Source: Cyanophora paradoxa CCMP329 (lineage: Eukaryota; Plantae; Glaucophyta). From it: a stretch of DNA of 52,072 nucleotides. The stretch spans positions 1 to 52,072 of the forward strand of contig QPMI01000539.1 in assembly GCA_004431415.1 (NCBI GenBank). Reading direction: 5' to 3'. Below are positions 13,321 to 24,406 of the stretch, in pieces (the stretch's first letter is position 1; the number at the start of each line of letters is the position of its first letter). A program made the translations under genes and the position numbers. The notes beneath the pieces were generated by a model, which did no database searches, was not told where the DNA came from, and saw nothing but the letters and a program-made list of their open reading frames with translations.

Positions 13321-13354
13321 TGATCAGTGATCATGATCATCATGAGCACTACAC

Positions 13355-13960
13355 CGCCTGGCGACCCGCGCCACCGCCCGCCGCGCCTCCGCTCCGCCCC
13401 GCGAGCCGCGCCGCCACCCCTGAGCCCCGCCCCGTCCGACGAGCCGCGTCGCCGCCCGACGCGTTTCCGCCCCGCCCCGCGAGCCGCGGCGCCGCTCGCC
13501 GCGCCCCCGCCCCGCCCGGCGACCCGCGCCGCCGCCCGCAGCGCCTCCGACCTGCCCGGCGGGCCGCGCCTCCGCCCGCCGCGCCTCCGCCCCGCCCCGC
13601 GAGCCGCGGCGCCGCCCGCCGCGCCTCCGCCCCGCCCCGCGAGCCGCGCCTCCGCCCGCCACGCCTCCGCCCTGCCCGGCGAGCCGCGCCTCCGCTCGCC
13701 GCGCCTCCGCCCCGCCCGCGAGCCGCGGCGCCGCCCGCCGCGCCCCCGCCCCGCCCCGCGAGCTGCGCCGCCACCCGCTGAGCCCCCGCCCTGCCCGGAA
13801 AGCCGAGTCGCTGCCCGACGCGCCTCCGCCCCGTCCGGCGAGCCGCGTCGCCGCCCGCCGAGCCTCCGTCCCGCCCCGCGAGCTGCGCCGCCGCCCCCGC
13901 GCCCCCGCCCCGCCCAGTGAGCCGCGCCGCCACCCTGCCCGGAGAGCCGCGCTCGCCGCG
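13355..13960 (-). repeat. Same ~39-bp minisatellite in inverted orientation, longer array
   Basis: Repeated gcgagccgcg..gccgcccgccgcgcctccgccccgccc is the reverse complement of the 10640-11030 unit. Confidence 0.85.
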
Positions 13961-14177
13961 TCTCCCACCTGGCCGGAGGGAGCTGTGCCACCACCCGCTG
14001 TCTCGCTGAACCCGCCAGGCAAGTTAAGCGGGGGAGAGAGGGGGAGGGAGGGAGAGCCGTGGGCGAGGGGAGGGCATACTCCGAGGGCGCTTCGGCGCGG
14101 CGGCGGCAGGGCTCTTGCGGCCGCGGGGTGCACAGGCAGCCGCGAGGGCGGGCGCGGGGCGCTTGTCGTTGTGCGGC

Positions 14178-16585
14178 GCGGCGGGGGCGGCGGGGCGCTC
14201 GAAGATCCTCTCCCGCGGCAGCGGGACGCCTCGAAAATTCAAAATCCTCGAGAGCTGCGAGGGCGTCAGCAGCAGGCAGGCCGGGCTGTGCCGGGCAGGG
14301 CGCTCGGCACGGCGCACCGTCTCTGCGGGGCGGGGCGAAAGCGACGGGGCGGGGCGGGGCGACGGCGACGGGGCCGGGCGAAGCGACAGCGCCGGGGCGG
14401 GCCGGGGAGCCGGCGGGGCTGCACGGGGCTGCACGGGGCGTGCGCCCCGGGCCGCCGCCCGCCGATCCTACGCCCCGCCGTGCAATCCATGCTGCCGCCC
14501 TCCGCTCCCTCCGACCATCGCCCCGGGACTCGATCATCCTGCGCGACAGGAGCGCCTTGTCAGCGACGCGTACGCACACAGACCGCTCAACTCACCTCGT
14601 CTAGGCCTGAGCCTCACCAAGCTGTGGAAGAGGGGTCCAGAATTCGGAGCCTGGAGACGGCGCGCGCGATCCAGCGCCTGGAACGCAAGCAAGAATCGTG
14701 AGACATGCGTTCGCGCGCCGCTGACGCAAAGCTATGGTCCGGTGGCCCACCCCGGCGATGGCGACGCGCTCGGCAGGGCGCGCTCGCCGCCAGCGGCGTG
14801 CCGGCACTCCATCGCCCGCTACGAAGGAGAGATCAACAGCGAGAAGCGTGCGGCAGTTCGCCTGTCCCCCGTTCCCGGCCAGGCGGCCGCCGCACCTTGG
14901 CTCGGCTTGGGCGCAGGGCCAACCAACTGGGCCGACGGGGCTCACCGCCGGCGATCCCTGCGAAATCGAGTGAGCTGTACGTCACGCGTGGAACGCGGAG
15001 GGCACGGCATAGACGCACGTCGTCGGTTTGTGGAGGAAGGCAGGCCGTGAACGCAGCGCCGCACGGAAACACGGCCACGCCAGGGCATAGACATGCAGCT
15101 GCGAGAACACGGGCCACATGCGCCTAGCTATAGCTAACGAAAGGGCCGCGCGCCGCATCTGCGAGCTTCCGCCAACGTGCTCGGCACCGCGGCCGAGCGA
15201 GCTGCGAAGGAGCATGGGACCGCTCAGGCTTCCTCGGAAAGCTGAGCCGAAGGGCGTCCTCAAGCATCCTCGATCGATATCGCTGTTGGTGTCGCTGCCG
15301 CTTTCGCCCAACAGCTGTGTACCCCGAATTCCGCGGCCTTGCACTTTGAAGAGCACGCAGGGCAAGAACTGGCTGCGGCCTCCAGCACGGGACGCAATGC
15401 AATCTCGGTGCGTCGGCGCTGGGCTCTCCACCGCAGCGCATCCTGGTCTCCCTTACTCCACAATTTCAAACAGGTCAAACGGAGTCCGCACAGCTGCCGC
15501 GAACTTGACGAGCCTCGAGCGCGAACGACGTTCGAAGGTGCCTACTTGCATCCTCTCGCGTCCCCGCCTGTCGCCGGCCTGATTTCAAACGCAGAGCGAT
15601 GCCCCAGGGCGGCGGGCGCCCGCTCGTGGCGAAGAGCGCTCGTGTACGCGTCGTTCTTGCCTCTTCAAGCGCCCTTGATCTGCATTCTTAGCCCGGCCGC
15701 CGCCGCCAAGTGTTCCTTCTTTTGGTCGGCTCGCGCAGAAAGGAGAAGGCGGCTGCCGATGCGAAGCAAGGTGCTTTTTCGTTTCATCTCCTTTGCCCCA
15801 ATCCCTCATTCCGCTGGCGGTCCAGGGAACGGGGTGACTGGCCCGCGCGAGCAGAGCACCACCATCCAGTTCGCCTAGCGTCTTCTCCCGCAGGCCAGGT
15901 GCTCGCTCTTGTTTCCGCTACTCTCGCGTTGATGTTTTTGTGACGCCGGCCGCGTGCGCAGCGGAGCGGGTGCCGTTCTCGGACGCGTGGCTTCTGGACG
16001 GCCGCGGCCTCGGAGTTCTTGTGCTTGCGGCCGCTGGGGCGCAGGTGCGGCAGGTGCGGTCGTTTGCCGGCGCGCATTCTTCTCTTCTTTCGGTTGACGC
16101 TCCGAGCTCAGCGAGCGCTGCGCCGTCGCGGCGACCGCGTTCCGGGCGCTCTCAATCTCGGTGTGGGCGCTCGGCGACAGGTGCGGTCTGTTTATTGGCG
16201 CGCGTTCTCTCTTCTTTTGATTGAGATTCCTCTCCGTGCGCAGCGAGCGCTCTGCCTTCGACGTCGGGCACGGGCAAGGGATGCTGGAAGCGGGGACGGG
16301 CCTCCTGCTCTCTCCTTGCTGCGGTGCGCAGACGTCCCCTTGCTTCCCACTTCTCTCTTTATGCTAGGAGCCCGCTTATCCTGATGCGCGCAGCGCAGCG
16401 AGCGCGGCGACGTTCCGCAGCGAGTGCGGCGAGGGCGCATTCTGCCTGGGCCGGAGGCGGGCTGCTGGCGATCGGCTGGGCATGCGCAGGCGGCGGACGA
16501 TGCCGCAGGCAGGACAGCAGTACTACCTGCTGTTCGGCAGCTGATTGCAGTTAAAACGTTAGTTTTCCTTTTCTCGGCAACTAGC
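14178..16585 (-). repeat. Right arm of internal inverted repeat
   Basis: See left arm; mirrored ORFs in the track (e.g. 9658-10083 minus vs 14705-15127 plus). Confidence 0.92.
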
Positions 16586-17173
16586 GCGGGGGACGACGCC
16601 GCTTGCAGGTCATTGCGTATTGTGTAAAGCCCTTACAGCCTAAGTTGCAGGCGGGGCAGATTGGGGCAGATGAGCTCGAGGGCGCCCGCGCACGATCGGC
16701 CACGAGGCCGCTAGCTGTTTCACAGTGTGCGCACATCTACACGAGGGCGCCGCGCGGGCTCGGGATTGGCCCCCACGAGGGCGCTGAGCTGTGTGCGCAT
16801 GCGCACATGTACTACGGTACGACCTAGGGGCGCCGGCGCCACGCGTACGCGTGCCCCGTCGAGCTTGACGACCGACTCTCTCTCTCGGCGAGCTCGCCGA
16901 GTCGAGCCGCGTCGAGCTCAGGCCCATAGCAACGAGCTCGACGACCGTCGACCGGTACCGGCCACGCTGCTGGCTATAGCTACGTATACGCCGGCGCAGT
17001 GCGTCGGACACTGCGTCCAGCTGCGTCGAGCGGCGCAGTGCGTCAAACTTCGAGTGCGTCGAGCGACGCAGTTTCGTGAAACTTGGCGCACTGCTTGAAA
17101 CTGCGTGGAGATTTCGAGCAGTGCTTCATTTCCGACGCAATGCTTGAAATTCCCACGCAATGCTTGAAATTTC

Positions 17174-17210
17174 CGACGCAATGCGTGGGTGAGCCAAAAG
17201 TGCCGGGGTA
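17174..17210 (-). repeat. Right TIR
   Basis: Exact reverse complement of 7500-7536. Confidence 0.97.
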
Positions 17211-18244
17211 CCGGGCGCGCCGGCAGAGGCGGGGGCCCGCCCCCGCCCGAGCGACGCGGCGCAGCGCGTCTTCCGGCTCCTCAAGTCGGGCGTGCACTCG
17301 GCGGTCTTCTTCTCGCAGGCGGCGCGCGCGGTCCTCGGCGAGGACGCCGCCCGCTGCTGGCGCGGGGCCGGCGACGGGGAGGAGGAGGGGACGGGCCTCC
17401 CGCGCGTCGCCCTACGCAGAGGTCCTGGCGCGCGCCGCCGCCTCCGAGGCCCCCGAGGCCCTCGCCCCGATCGCGCCGCCCCTCGGCGCCGGCGCCGACC
17501 CGACCGTCGCGGCGCTCTGCGCGCGGGACCTGGCGCGCGCCGCCCTCGCGATGGACGACGGGGCGGCGCGGGATGGCCTCGGCTTCCCCGCCGCGGAGGA
17601 GTCTCCCGCCCTCCCCACCGAGGACGCGACCTGGCTCCTCTGCCGCCTCGCCGAGGCCGCCGGCGCCCCCGCCCAGCGCGCCTCGGAGTGGTGCCCCATC
17701 GTGGAGGGGCGGGAGGGGCCGGACCCCTGCGTCGGGTTTGCGTACACGTCGATCTTTGCGCGGGACCTCCCCCAGGAGCGCCGCACGCTCCCCTCGTCCG
17801 GAATCGACGTGGCGCGCACGGGCTCCGACACCTCGGGCATCAGCCTCTTCGTGGACGGCGCGGCGCGGCTCCTGCCCGAGGACCTCGCGCGCCCGCGCGT
17901 CGCCCGCGGGCCGCGCTCGTGCGGGGCGAAGATGCTCCTCTTCGTACCCCGCTCCACCTTTCAGCACTTTGGCGTACCCCTCTTGGCCCTTCCCCCCGCC
18001 CCCCCCCGGCACCTACCCCCGCTCCCCTGCGTGAATGCGAAATTCGATGCGCGGCCTCGCCGAGTCCTTTGAAAGCGCGCCGCTGCGTTTTTGCTTTCTC
18101 CCGACTTGGTTTTTTTTTGCCCGCCGCTCTTTCGCTCGAATCGGGCCCTCGGCGTCGATAAAAGCCCTCGCCCGCGCCGCTGCGCTCACTCTCTTCTCCT
18201 CCTCTTTCGCAGGTCACGAACATTAACTGGACTCTACGGCGACG

Positions 18245-20054
18245 ATGGCCACCAACGCAAACCTCGCCACGATGACCGCTGCCGGCGCGCCCCGCCTCGT
18301 CGAGAAACCCTTTGTCCACGGCGCCGCGGAGAGCGAGTTCTGCAAACGGATGGAATCCCTCCCGGCCGACCTGTCCGAGGCGATCCTGAACTACCTCGGG
18401 CGCGAGGACCGCCTCAAGATGCTCACCGTGTGCCAGCAGTCCCGCTCCTTTGCGATCGGCACCTCGGACGTCTCCAGCGGCTGGTTCGACGCCCTCGCCG
18501 TCGACGACGCGCTCGCCCTGCTGCTCGGAGGGCCCGGCGCGTCGCGCGGCGCCCGCCTCCGTCTCATCGCGGGGCGCGGTCGCGGGGCGGAGATCCCGAT
18601 CCCGTCGCGCCTCGGCGGCCTCGACGCGACCTTTGCCCTCCCGACAGAGCCCGGGAGCGAGGGCCGCTGGGTGTGCATCCTCTTCCCCCGGCGGCGGCGG
18701 CGGCGGCGGCCGAGGACCTCGCCCCGCGAGGCGCCATCGTCCGCTACGGGCCGGGCGGGTTCGGCGACGCCCTGCAGATCCCGGCCGGGTTCCCCATCCG
18801 CGACTTTGCTCGCGGTTCCGTCTCCATTGCCGGCGACGGGACGATCGTGCTCGGCGGCGAGCGCGGCTGGCTCGTCTGGTCCGCCGACGGCGGCGTCTCG
18901 ACCGTCGACGTCGGCGCGGCGGTCGCCGGCGTGGTGGCGTGCCGCCCCTCTCCCGACGCCTCGCGCGTCGCGATCTGCAGCGTCGCCGGCGACGGCGGCT
19001 CCGCGGGCGGCCGCGTCCTCGTCCGCTTCGTGGGCTCTGGCGAGTCTGCAGAGGGCGCCGCCGCGGCGCCCGCGGCCGACGCCGGCCCCTGCACTCGACA
19101 GCGGCGCGCGCGCGGCTCTCCCACGAGCTCGCCGAGGTGGACGGCTCCGGGGACCCCTCGGCCCTCGGCGACTGGAGCGACGTGCCCCTGCACGAGTGCG
19201 ACGCGAGCCTGACGTGGAACGCGCGCGGCAACGCCGTGCTGGTGCGGGTCAAGGTGTTGCGCAGCGGTATGGAGATGGGCGGTGCGGACGAAGTCGACAT
19301 GATGGAGGACGATTCCAGCGTCGACGAACCCGCCGCCCGCGAGGAGGCCTTTGTCGAGTTCATCGCATCGGTGCGGCTCTCGGGCGGCGCTGCGCGCCAG
19401 GGCTGGTGGATCGTCTGCGGCGCCGAGCCCGCAGAGGCCTTTGCCGTCGGTCTGGGCGAGAACTGGCTCCTCCACGCGGCTCGGAACGTGGGCAGCATCC
19501 GGAGCGCGTCCATGTACATGTACTACCTCGCTGGCAGCGGCGCTGGTCGCCCCACCATGATCGAGCTGCACATGCCCTGCGAGGGCAAGTCGTACGGCTG
19601 CGTCACGCCCGTCGGCGACTGGAACTTCATCTACCAGGCCGCCGGCCAGTTCGAGTTCGAAGGAACCGGCGTCGATCGCCCCTTTCTCGTCTCCGTGACG
19701 CCCTACGCCCGCGACCTGGAGTATTTCGAGGTACCCGTGGCCAGCGGCCTGCTGGACGCGCGCTCCATCCGCCCGCTGGGAGCCGTCGGACTGCACGGCG
19801 TGGCGGCGCTCGCGTTCGGAGAGGACCAGGACGCCCCCGCGCCGTTCAGCGTCGTCCGGTACATCCAGTGGTCGGAGATCGGGAGGCTGACGGGTCAGGG
19901 CGGCCCGTTTGCGGCGTCGATCAGCACCCATCTGCAGCACAACACGTTTAAGCCGACCTGCGAGTGGCTGCGCGACCGCTACTGCACCGTCGAAGGCGAA
20001 CGGCACAACTACACGCTCACGTTCTTCCCCGGCGACTCGCAGCCTACCGTATAG
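18245..20054 (+). CDS. F-box protein, copy 1 (homopolymer frameshifts)
   Basis: Duplicate of 31998-33809. Confidence 0.75.
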
Positions 20055-20501
20055 TACGCTGCACGTGTGACCCGCTAGCGCTGAGCGGCGCACCGTGCAC
20101 TCTCGTGTGCGTTTTTCTCCCGCGCCGCCGATTCTCAGAGTCTTCTCGTTCGATATCGATACTAGTACTATGATAGCTATATAGTGTCTTCTGTGGTTCA
20201 CATGTACATGCGATTAATCCAAGTTTGTTTTGCGTGCTCCTTTGCGCCACGGTGGGCCGGGGCGCGGGGCCGGGGCGGGCGAGGGCAGATGGACGGCCGC
20301 GGGGCCCAAGTGAGCGGGGCTGGCCATGGGGGCGGCGGGTGGGGGGCGAGGGGGTACCCTCTGGCGCACCGAGTTGGTTGAGCGCAGCAATGTAGAGGGG
20401 CCCGATTCAAACAAAAGGGTCCTCTGGTCTCCCAAAACGACGAGCAGGTGCGCGATGCGGCCATTCTTTCACATCGTCAAGAACCGAGAACAAGCTCAAG
20501 T

Positions 20502-21068
20502 ATGGCCGCCGCCCAGCCCTGCCAGCACCCTCGTCGCAGCGTCCTGATCGACATGGGAGAGCTGGTCAGCGACTTTATCCACTACAACTACGACGACGAG
20601 GACCGCAACCTCTACGACAGCGACATCGTCGCCCTCGCGACCAAGGCCAAGGGCGGCAAGGTCCCGCGCGCGAGACGGACGACGCGCTCCAGACGCTCCG
20701 GCCGACCGCGGAGCGCATCCTCCCATCGTGACGGGCCTGTTCGCGGCGAGCGCCAAAAAGTATTCGGAGGGTCTCGTCCAACTCGAGAACGTGCTCGGGC
20801 GCGCCTTTGCGGACCGCGTCGACGCGATCTTGGCCCCGCGCGCACGCGCCGCCCAGGGCCCGCTGGCCACCTCCTCCGATCTAGATCTGGCGTACGTCGT
20901 CTTTCCCGTGGAGCTCTGGTTCGAGCTGCTGTCGTGCCAGGGAGTCGACATTTTGCACCTGGACCTGTACGAGCGCGTCGTCCTCGGGATGGTCCCCTTT
21001 TCCTCACGATGCTCCGCACCGGCAAGATTCGCGCCGCCGCCGGCAATGTTCTGTCGGCGATCTCGTGA
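20502..21068 (+). CDS. Hypothetical protein, copy 1 (homopolymer frameshifts)
   Basis: Duplicate of 34260-34829. Confidence 0.65.
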   Translation: MAAAQPCQHPRRSVLIDMGELVSDFIHYNYDDEDRNLYDSDIVALATKAKGGKVPRARRTTRSRRSGRPRSASSHRDGPVRGERQKVFGGSRPTRERARARLCGPRRRDLGPARTRRPGPAGHLLRSRSGVRRLSRGALVRAAVVPGSRHFAPGPVRARRPRDGPLFLTMLRTGKIRAAAGNVLSAIS

Positions 21069-21420
21069 GCAGAGAGTATATTGTGCCGAGCGCATCAAAA
21101 GTGCGTGGAGTTTTTTGTGCACGTGTACATGTGCGGTGTGGGACTGAGAATCGAACCGAGACGCGCGCACGCGCGCGTGCTCTCGTTTCCGGCTTTACGC
21201 ATAACCGTGGGAGCCAGCTCGAGCTAGTGGACGTACAGGCTCAATGCACGCGGGGCTCTCGAGTGGGGTCGCTGCAGTTTGGCGCGCGCGGCGCCGGCGC
21301 CGGCCCCAGAGCGCGCGTGAGGGCATTTTCGTGATCAAGAATGTTTTTTTTCTCTTTCAAACAATCGACATGCGGTTGCGAGGTGCCTGGGGGATTTTCG
21401 AACCCTGCCGCCGTCGCCTC

Positions 21421-21714
21421 GTAGAGCCGCGATCGGCCGAGCTCTGTGCAGGGGGGGCAAGGGGGGGAGGGGCGGAGCGGACGGGGGTACGGATCAAGGT
21501 GAGCGTCCGGTATCGCCCTACCCTCGGCGGCAGCGGCCCCCTGCGCAGAGCTCGGCCGATTACGGGGCGAGAGAGAGGGCGAGAACAGGCAGAGGGGTAC
21601 GCACCTGTGCGGCCGCCGATCATAGAGCCGCTATCGGCCGAGCTCTGTGCAGGGGGAGAAAGAGGGGGAGGGCGGAGCGGGCGGGGGTACGGATCAGGAA
21701 GCGTCCGGCATCGC
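21421..21714 (+). repeat. 1.5 units of the ~200-bp palindromic repeat, truncated at the duplication junction
   Basis: Matches 35181-35474, then switches to unique sequence. Confidence 0.9.
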
Positions 21715-21994
21715 GCACCCTCTCGACCCGGTCCAACTTTTTTTTGATTTTCCGAGAGTCCGCCCAGCTCGCCATTTGAGGTTCACAGAACGTTTCATGC
21801 AACGGCCGTGGCCCGTGAGTGCGCCCGAACCTCTGCGTTCGCGATCGGCGCCCGAACCCCGGGCGGCGCCGCGCCGGCGCGGTGCCACGGTGGACCGTCG
21901 ACCGACCGTCGGACGTCGAGGCGTCGTCGACGCCGGACGAGCGGCGAGCGCGCGATTTTTTTCAAGCCTTTGCCCCGCGCTGCCGGCGCCGCCG

Positions 21995-22295
21995 GCACCG
22001 CGGGCGGTGCTCTGGCTCTGCGCATGCGCTAGCGCTCGCGCGAGCGCTTGCAAACTGGCCCCTGCGGCACCGCGTGCGGTGCTGTCGCAGTTTTTTTCTG
22101 GACGAAAAAACCGATGGGCCGCCGGCACCGCCGGCGGTGCTGGAGCTCGGTTCTTCCGGATCCGGCACCGCAGGCGGTGCCGGCGCAAGCGGGGCACTTG
22201 CAAACTGGCCCCTGCGGCACCGCGTGCGGTGCTGCGGCAGTTTTTTTTCAGTACTAGTCTGGCGCGCGCCGGCACTGCGGCACCGCCGGCGGTGC
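21995..22295. promoter_or_regulatory. Cluster of six 16-bp palindromes GCACCGC-NN-GCGGTGC (candidate iterons / operator / recombinase arm sites)
   Basis: Copies at 21995, 22067, 22125, 22165, 22217 and 22280, with invariant arms and variable centre (GG, GT, CG, AG, GT, CG), interspersed with T/A tracts. Function is inference. Confidence 0.65.
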
Positions 22296-22473
22296 TGCGG
22301 CTTTGCAGGGTACTGCGTGCGGCCGCGGTGCGCATGCATATGCATATGCTCGTACGTCTATACTGTCTTGGGTACGTGAATCCTTTTCATTCTGGTACGC
22401 AAGGATGACTAAACACAGATCCGATGATCATGATCAGCATCAACACAGATCCGATGATCATGATCATGACAGC

Positions 22474-23088
22474 CTACATGCGGGGCAAGGCAAAGGCGGC
22501 GTGGGCGTGGATCTCCTGGATGCGGAGCAGGTCGCGGGCCAGCGGGAGGACCTCGATCATCGCCTCGTACAGGCGCCCGTCGTTGTCATAGTCATAGTCG
22601 TCGTCGCTGGGGAGCACGCGCGCGGAGAGGGCGCGCCACTCGACCTGCAGGCGCCGGACGGCCTGCGGCAGCCCGCCGCGCTCCGCGGCGCAGTCGAGCA
22701 CGGTCCGCTCGAGGAGCGGGGCGTCGACGGGACCGCCGCCCGCCGTGCCCGCGACGGCGAGGCGGGTGCCGGTGAGGAGCGTCGCGCGGTTCACGGCGGC
22801 AAGGAGCGCGGCGCGCTTGGTCGCGACGATGTGCCCGGAGGTGGTCGCGACCCCGGGCAGGAGCTGCCGGTACATCTGGCGGAGGGCCGCGACCTCGCCG
22901 TCGGGGATCGCGGCGAGCTCCGAGGCCGACATCTGCTGGATGCAGCGCGAGTCGTCGAGGAACGTGAGGGTGCGCGTGCATTTGCCGTAGAGGTCGCGCG
23001 ACTGGGCGTTGAAATCGTCGTAGCTTTCTCCAAAGAACCCGACGACGGCGCGGGCGCCGCGGACCAGCACGGTGCGGTTAAAGGCCAT
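22474..23088 (-). CDS. Hypothetical protein (~204 aa from MAFNRTV...)
   Basis: Protein-like composition, GC3-biased codons, good ATG context (accATGG); no family recognised. Confidence 0.7.
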   Translation of the reverse strand: MAFNRTVLVRGARAVVGFFGESYDDFNAQSRDLYGKCTRTLTFLDDSRCIQQMSASELAAIPDGEVAALRQMYRQLLPGVATTSGHIVATKRAALLAAVNRATLLTGTRLAVAGTAGGGPVDAPLLERTVLDCAAERGGLPQAVRRLQVEWRALSARVLPSDDDYDYDNDGRLYEAMIEVLPLARDLLRIQEIHAHAAFALPRM

Positions 23089-23319
23089 GGTGTAGCGGGT
23101 TGGATCCGTTGCGAGGGTGAGTGCGAGTGCGGCGCGGGCTTGGGCGGCGGCGCGCTCCACCCGCCGCGCCGTACCGATTCAACTAATTTTGCAGAGCCGG
23201 AGACGCCTTCATCTGTTTCGGCGCCTCGTCGGCGCGGGCCTACCCCCCTCGGCTGCGCAGGCGTGCACGGGGGGGTGGCGCGGCTGCCCCGGGTGCTGCG
23301 GGGGTACGCGCCCCCGCCC

Positions 23320-24215
23320 GCGGAGGAGGTCTAGGGGGGGTAGAGCGGCGGGCAAGGCGTCTCGGTCCCGCCCCTTTGTTCGTCTTGCCCCCCTCACCCC
23401 CCTCTTTCACCCCCCCCGCACCCTCTCGTTGGCTACCGTACCCCATTTTCACACTCTCCCCCCGCACAGAGCTCGGCCATTTCCCGCTTCTATGTGGAGA
23501 AGGGGGGTACCGCGACCTCAAGGGCACGGCGAGAGGTAGGTGAGCGAGTCGATCCGGAAGCAGTACCTCCGTGCACGGCGTCGGCCGGTACGCGCCCCCG
23601 TCCCGCTCCCCGCATTGCCCGGTAATCGGACGAGCTCTGTGCAGGGGGGAGGAGGTCCAGGGGGGTAGAGCGGCGGGCAAGGCGTCTCGGTCCGCCCTTT
23701 TGTTCGTCTTGCCCCCATCTCCCCCCCTCTTTCACCGTACCCCCTTTTCACACTCCCCCCGTCCCGCTCCCCGCATTGCCCGGTAATCGGACGAGCTCTG
23801 TGCAGGGGGGAGGAGGTCCAGGGGGGTAGAGCGGCGGGCAAGGCGTCTCGGTCCCGCCCCTTTGTTCGTCTTGCCCCCCTCTCCCCCCCTCTTTCACCCC
23901 CCCGCACCCTCTCGTCGGCTACCGTACCCCCTTTTCACACCCTCCCCGTCCCGCTCCCCGCATTGCCCGGTAATCGGACGAGCTCTGTGCAGGGGGGAGG
24001 AGGTCTAGGGGGGTAGAGCGGCGGGCAAGGCGTCTCGGTCCCGCCCCTTTGTTCGTCTTGCCCCCCTCTCCCCTCCTCTTCCACCCCCCTCCCCCCCCCG
24101 CACCTTTTCGTCGGCTACCGTACCCCCCTTTTCACACTCCCCCCCCCGCGCAGAGCTCGGCCATTTCCCGCTTCTATGTGGAGAAAGGGGGCTACCGCAA
24201 CCTCAAGGGCACAGC
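23320..24215 (+). repeat. Tandem repeat family L, copy 2
   Basis: Units at ~23322 (partial), 23619, 23781 and 23967; the block cagagctcggccatttcccgcttctatgtggagaa...acctcaagggcac occurs twice (~23460 and ~24146). Confidence 0.9.
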
Positions 24216-24406
24216 GACGAGGCGCGCAAGGAAAAAAAAACCGCACCGATCCCGGGTACGCGTCCCCCACCCCTCTAATATAATTCAAATACAATTCAAA
24301 TTCGGTACGAGATATATATGTTATATAACGCCCTGCGCAGGCCACAGGGGTACGTATATATACACACACATACAAGGGCAAGGCGCGAGGCGCGGCGCGC
24401 GCCGGC

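Larger units (their letters stand above)
7500..17210. mobile_element. 9.7-kb non-autonomous TIR DNA transposon (TA...TA termini, hAT-like), foldback internal structure
   Basis: Perfect 37-bp TIRs and target duplication CCGGGCG at 7493-7499 and 17211-17217 (possibly 8 bp if a C was dropped). The empty site is present in the sister copy. Subterminal ACGCA/TGCGT and GCTTGAAA motifs; no transposase ORF recognised. Confidence 0.95.
2219..18034 (+). pseudogene. AEP primase - UL9-like helicase gene, copy 1, disrupted by the TIR transposon at 7500-17210
   Basis: 2219-7499 plus 17218-18034 match 25675-31786. The empty site ggtggcgccccgggcgcgccggcag is present at ~30950-30974. Confidence 0.9.
186..21714 (+). 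repeat. Direct segmental duplicate of 23618-35474 (~11.8 kb), interrupted by the 7500-17210 transposon
   Basis: Colinear near-identity from cccggtaatcggacgag (186/23618) to gcgtccggcatcgc (21714/35474). Differences seen are mostly 1-bp losses in G/C runs plus two substitutions. Confidence 0.95.

Noticed and set aside
8088-16585. Transposase in the TIR element
   Set aside because: No DDE, BED-finger or hAT dimerisation motifs were recognisable in any listed frame.
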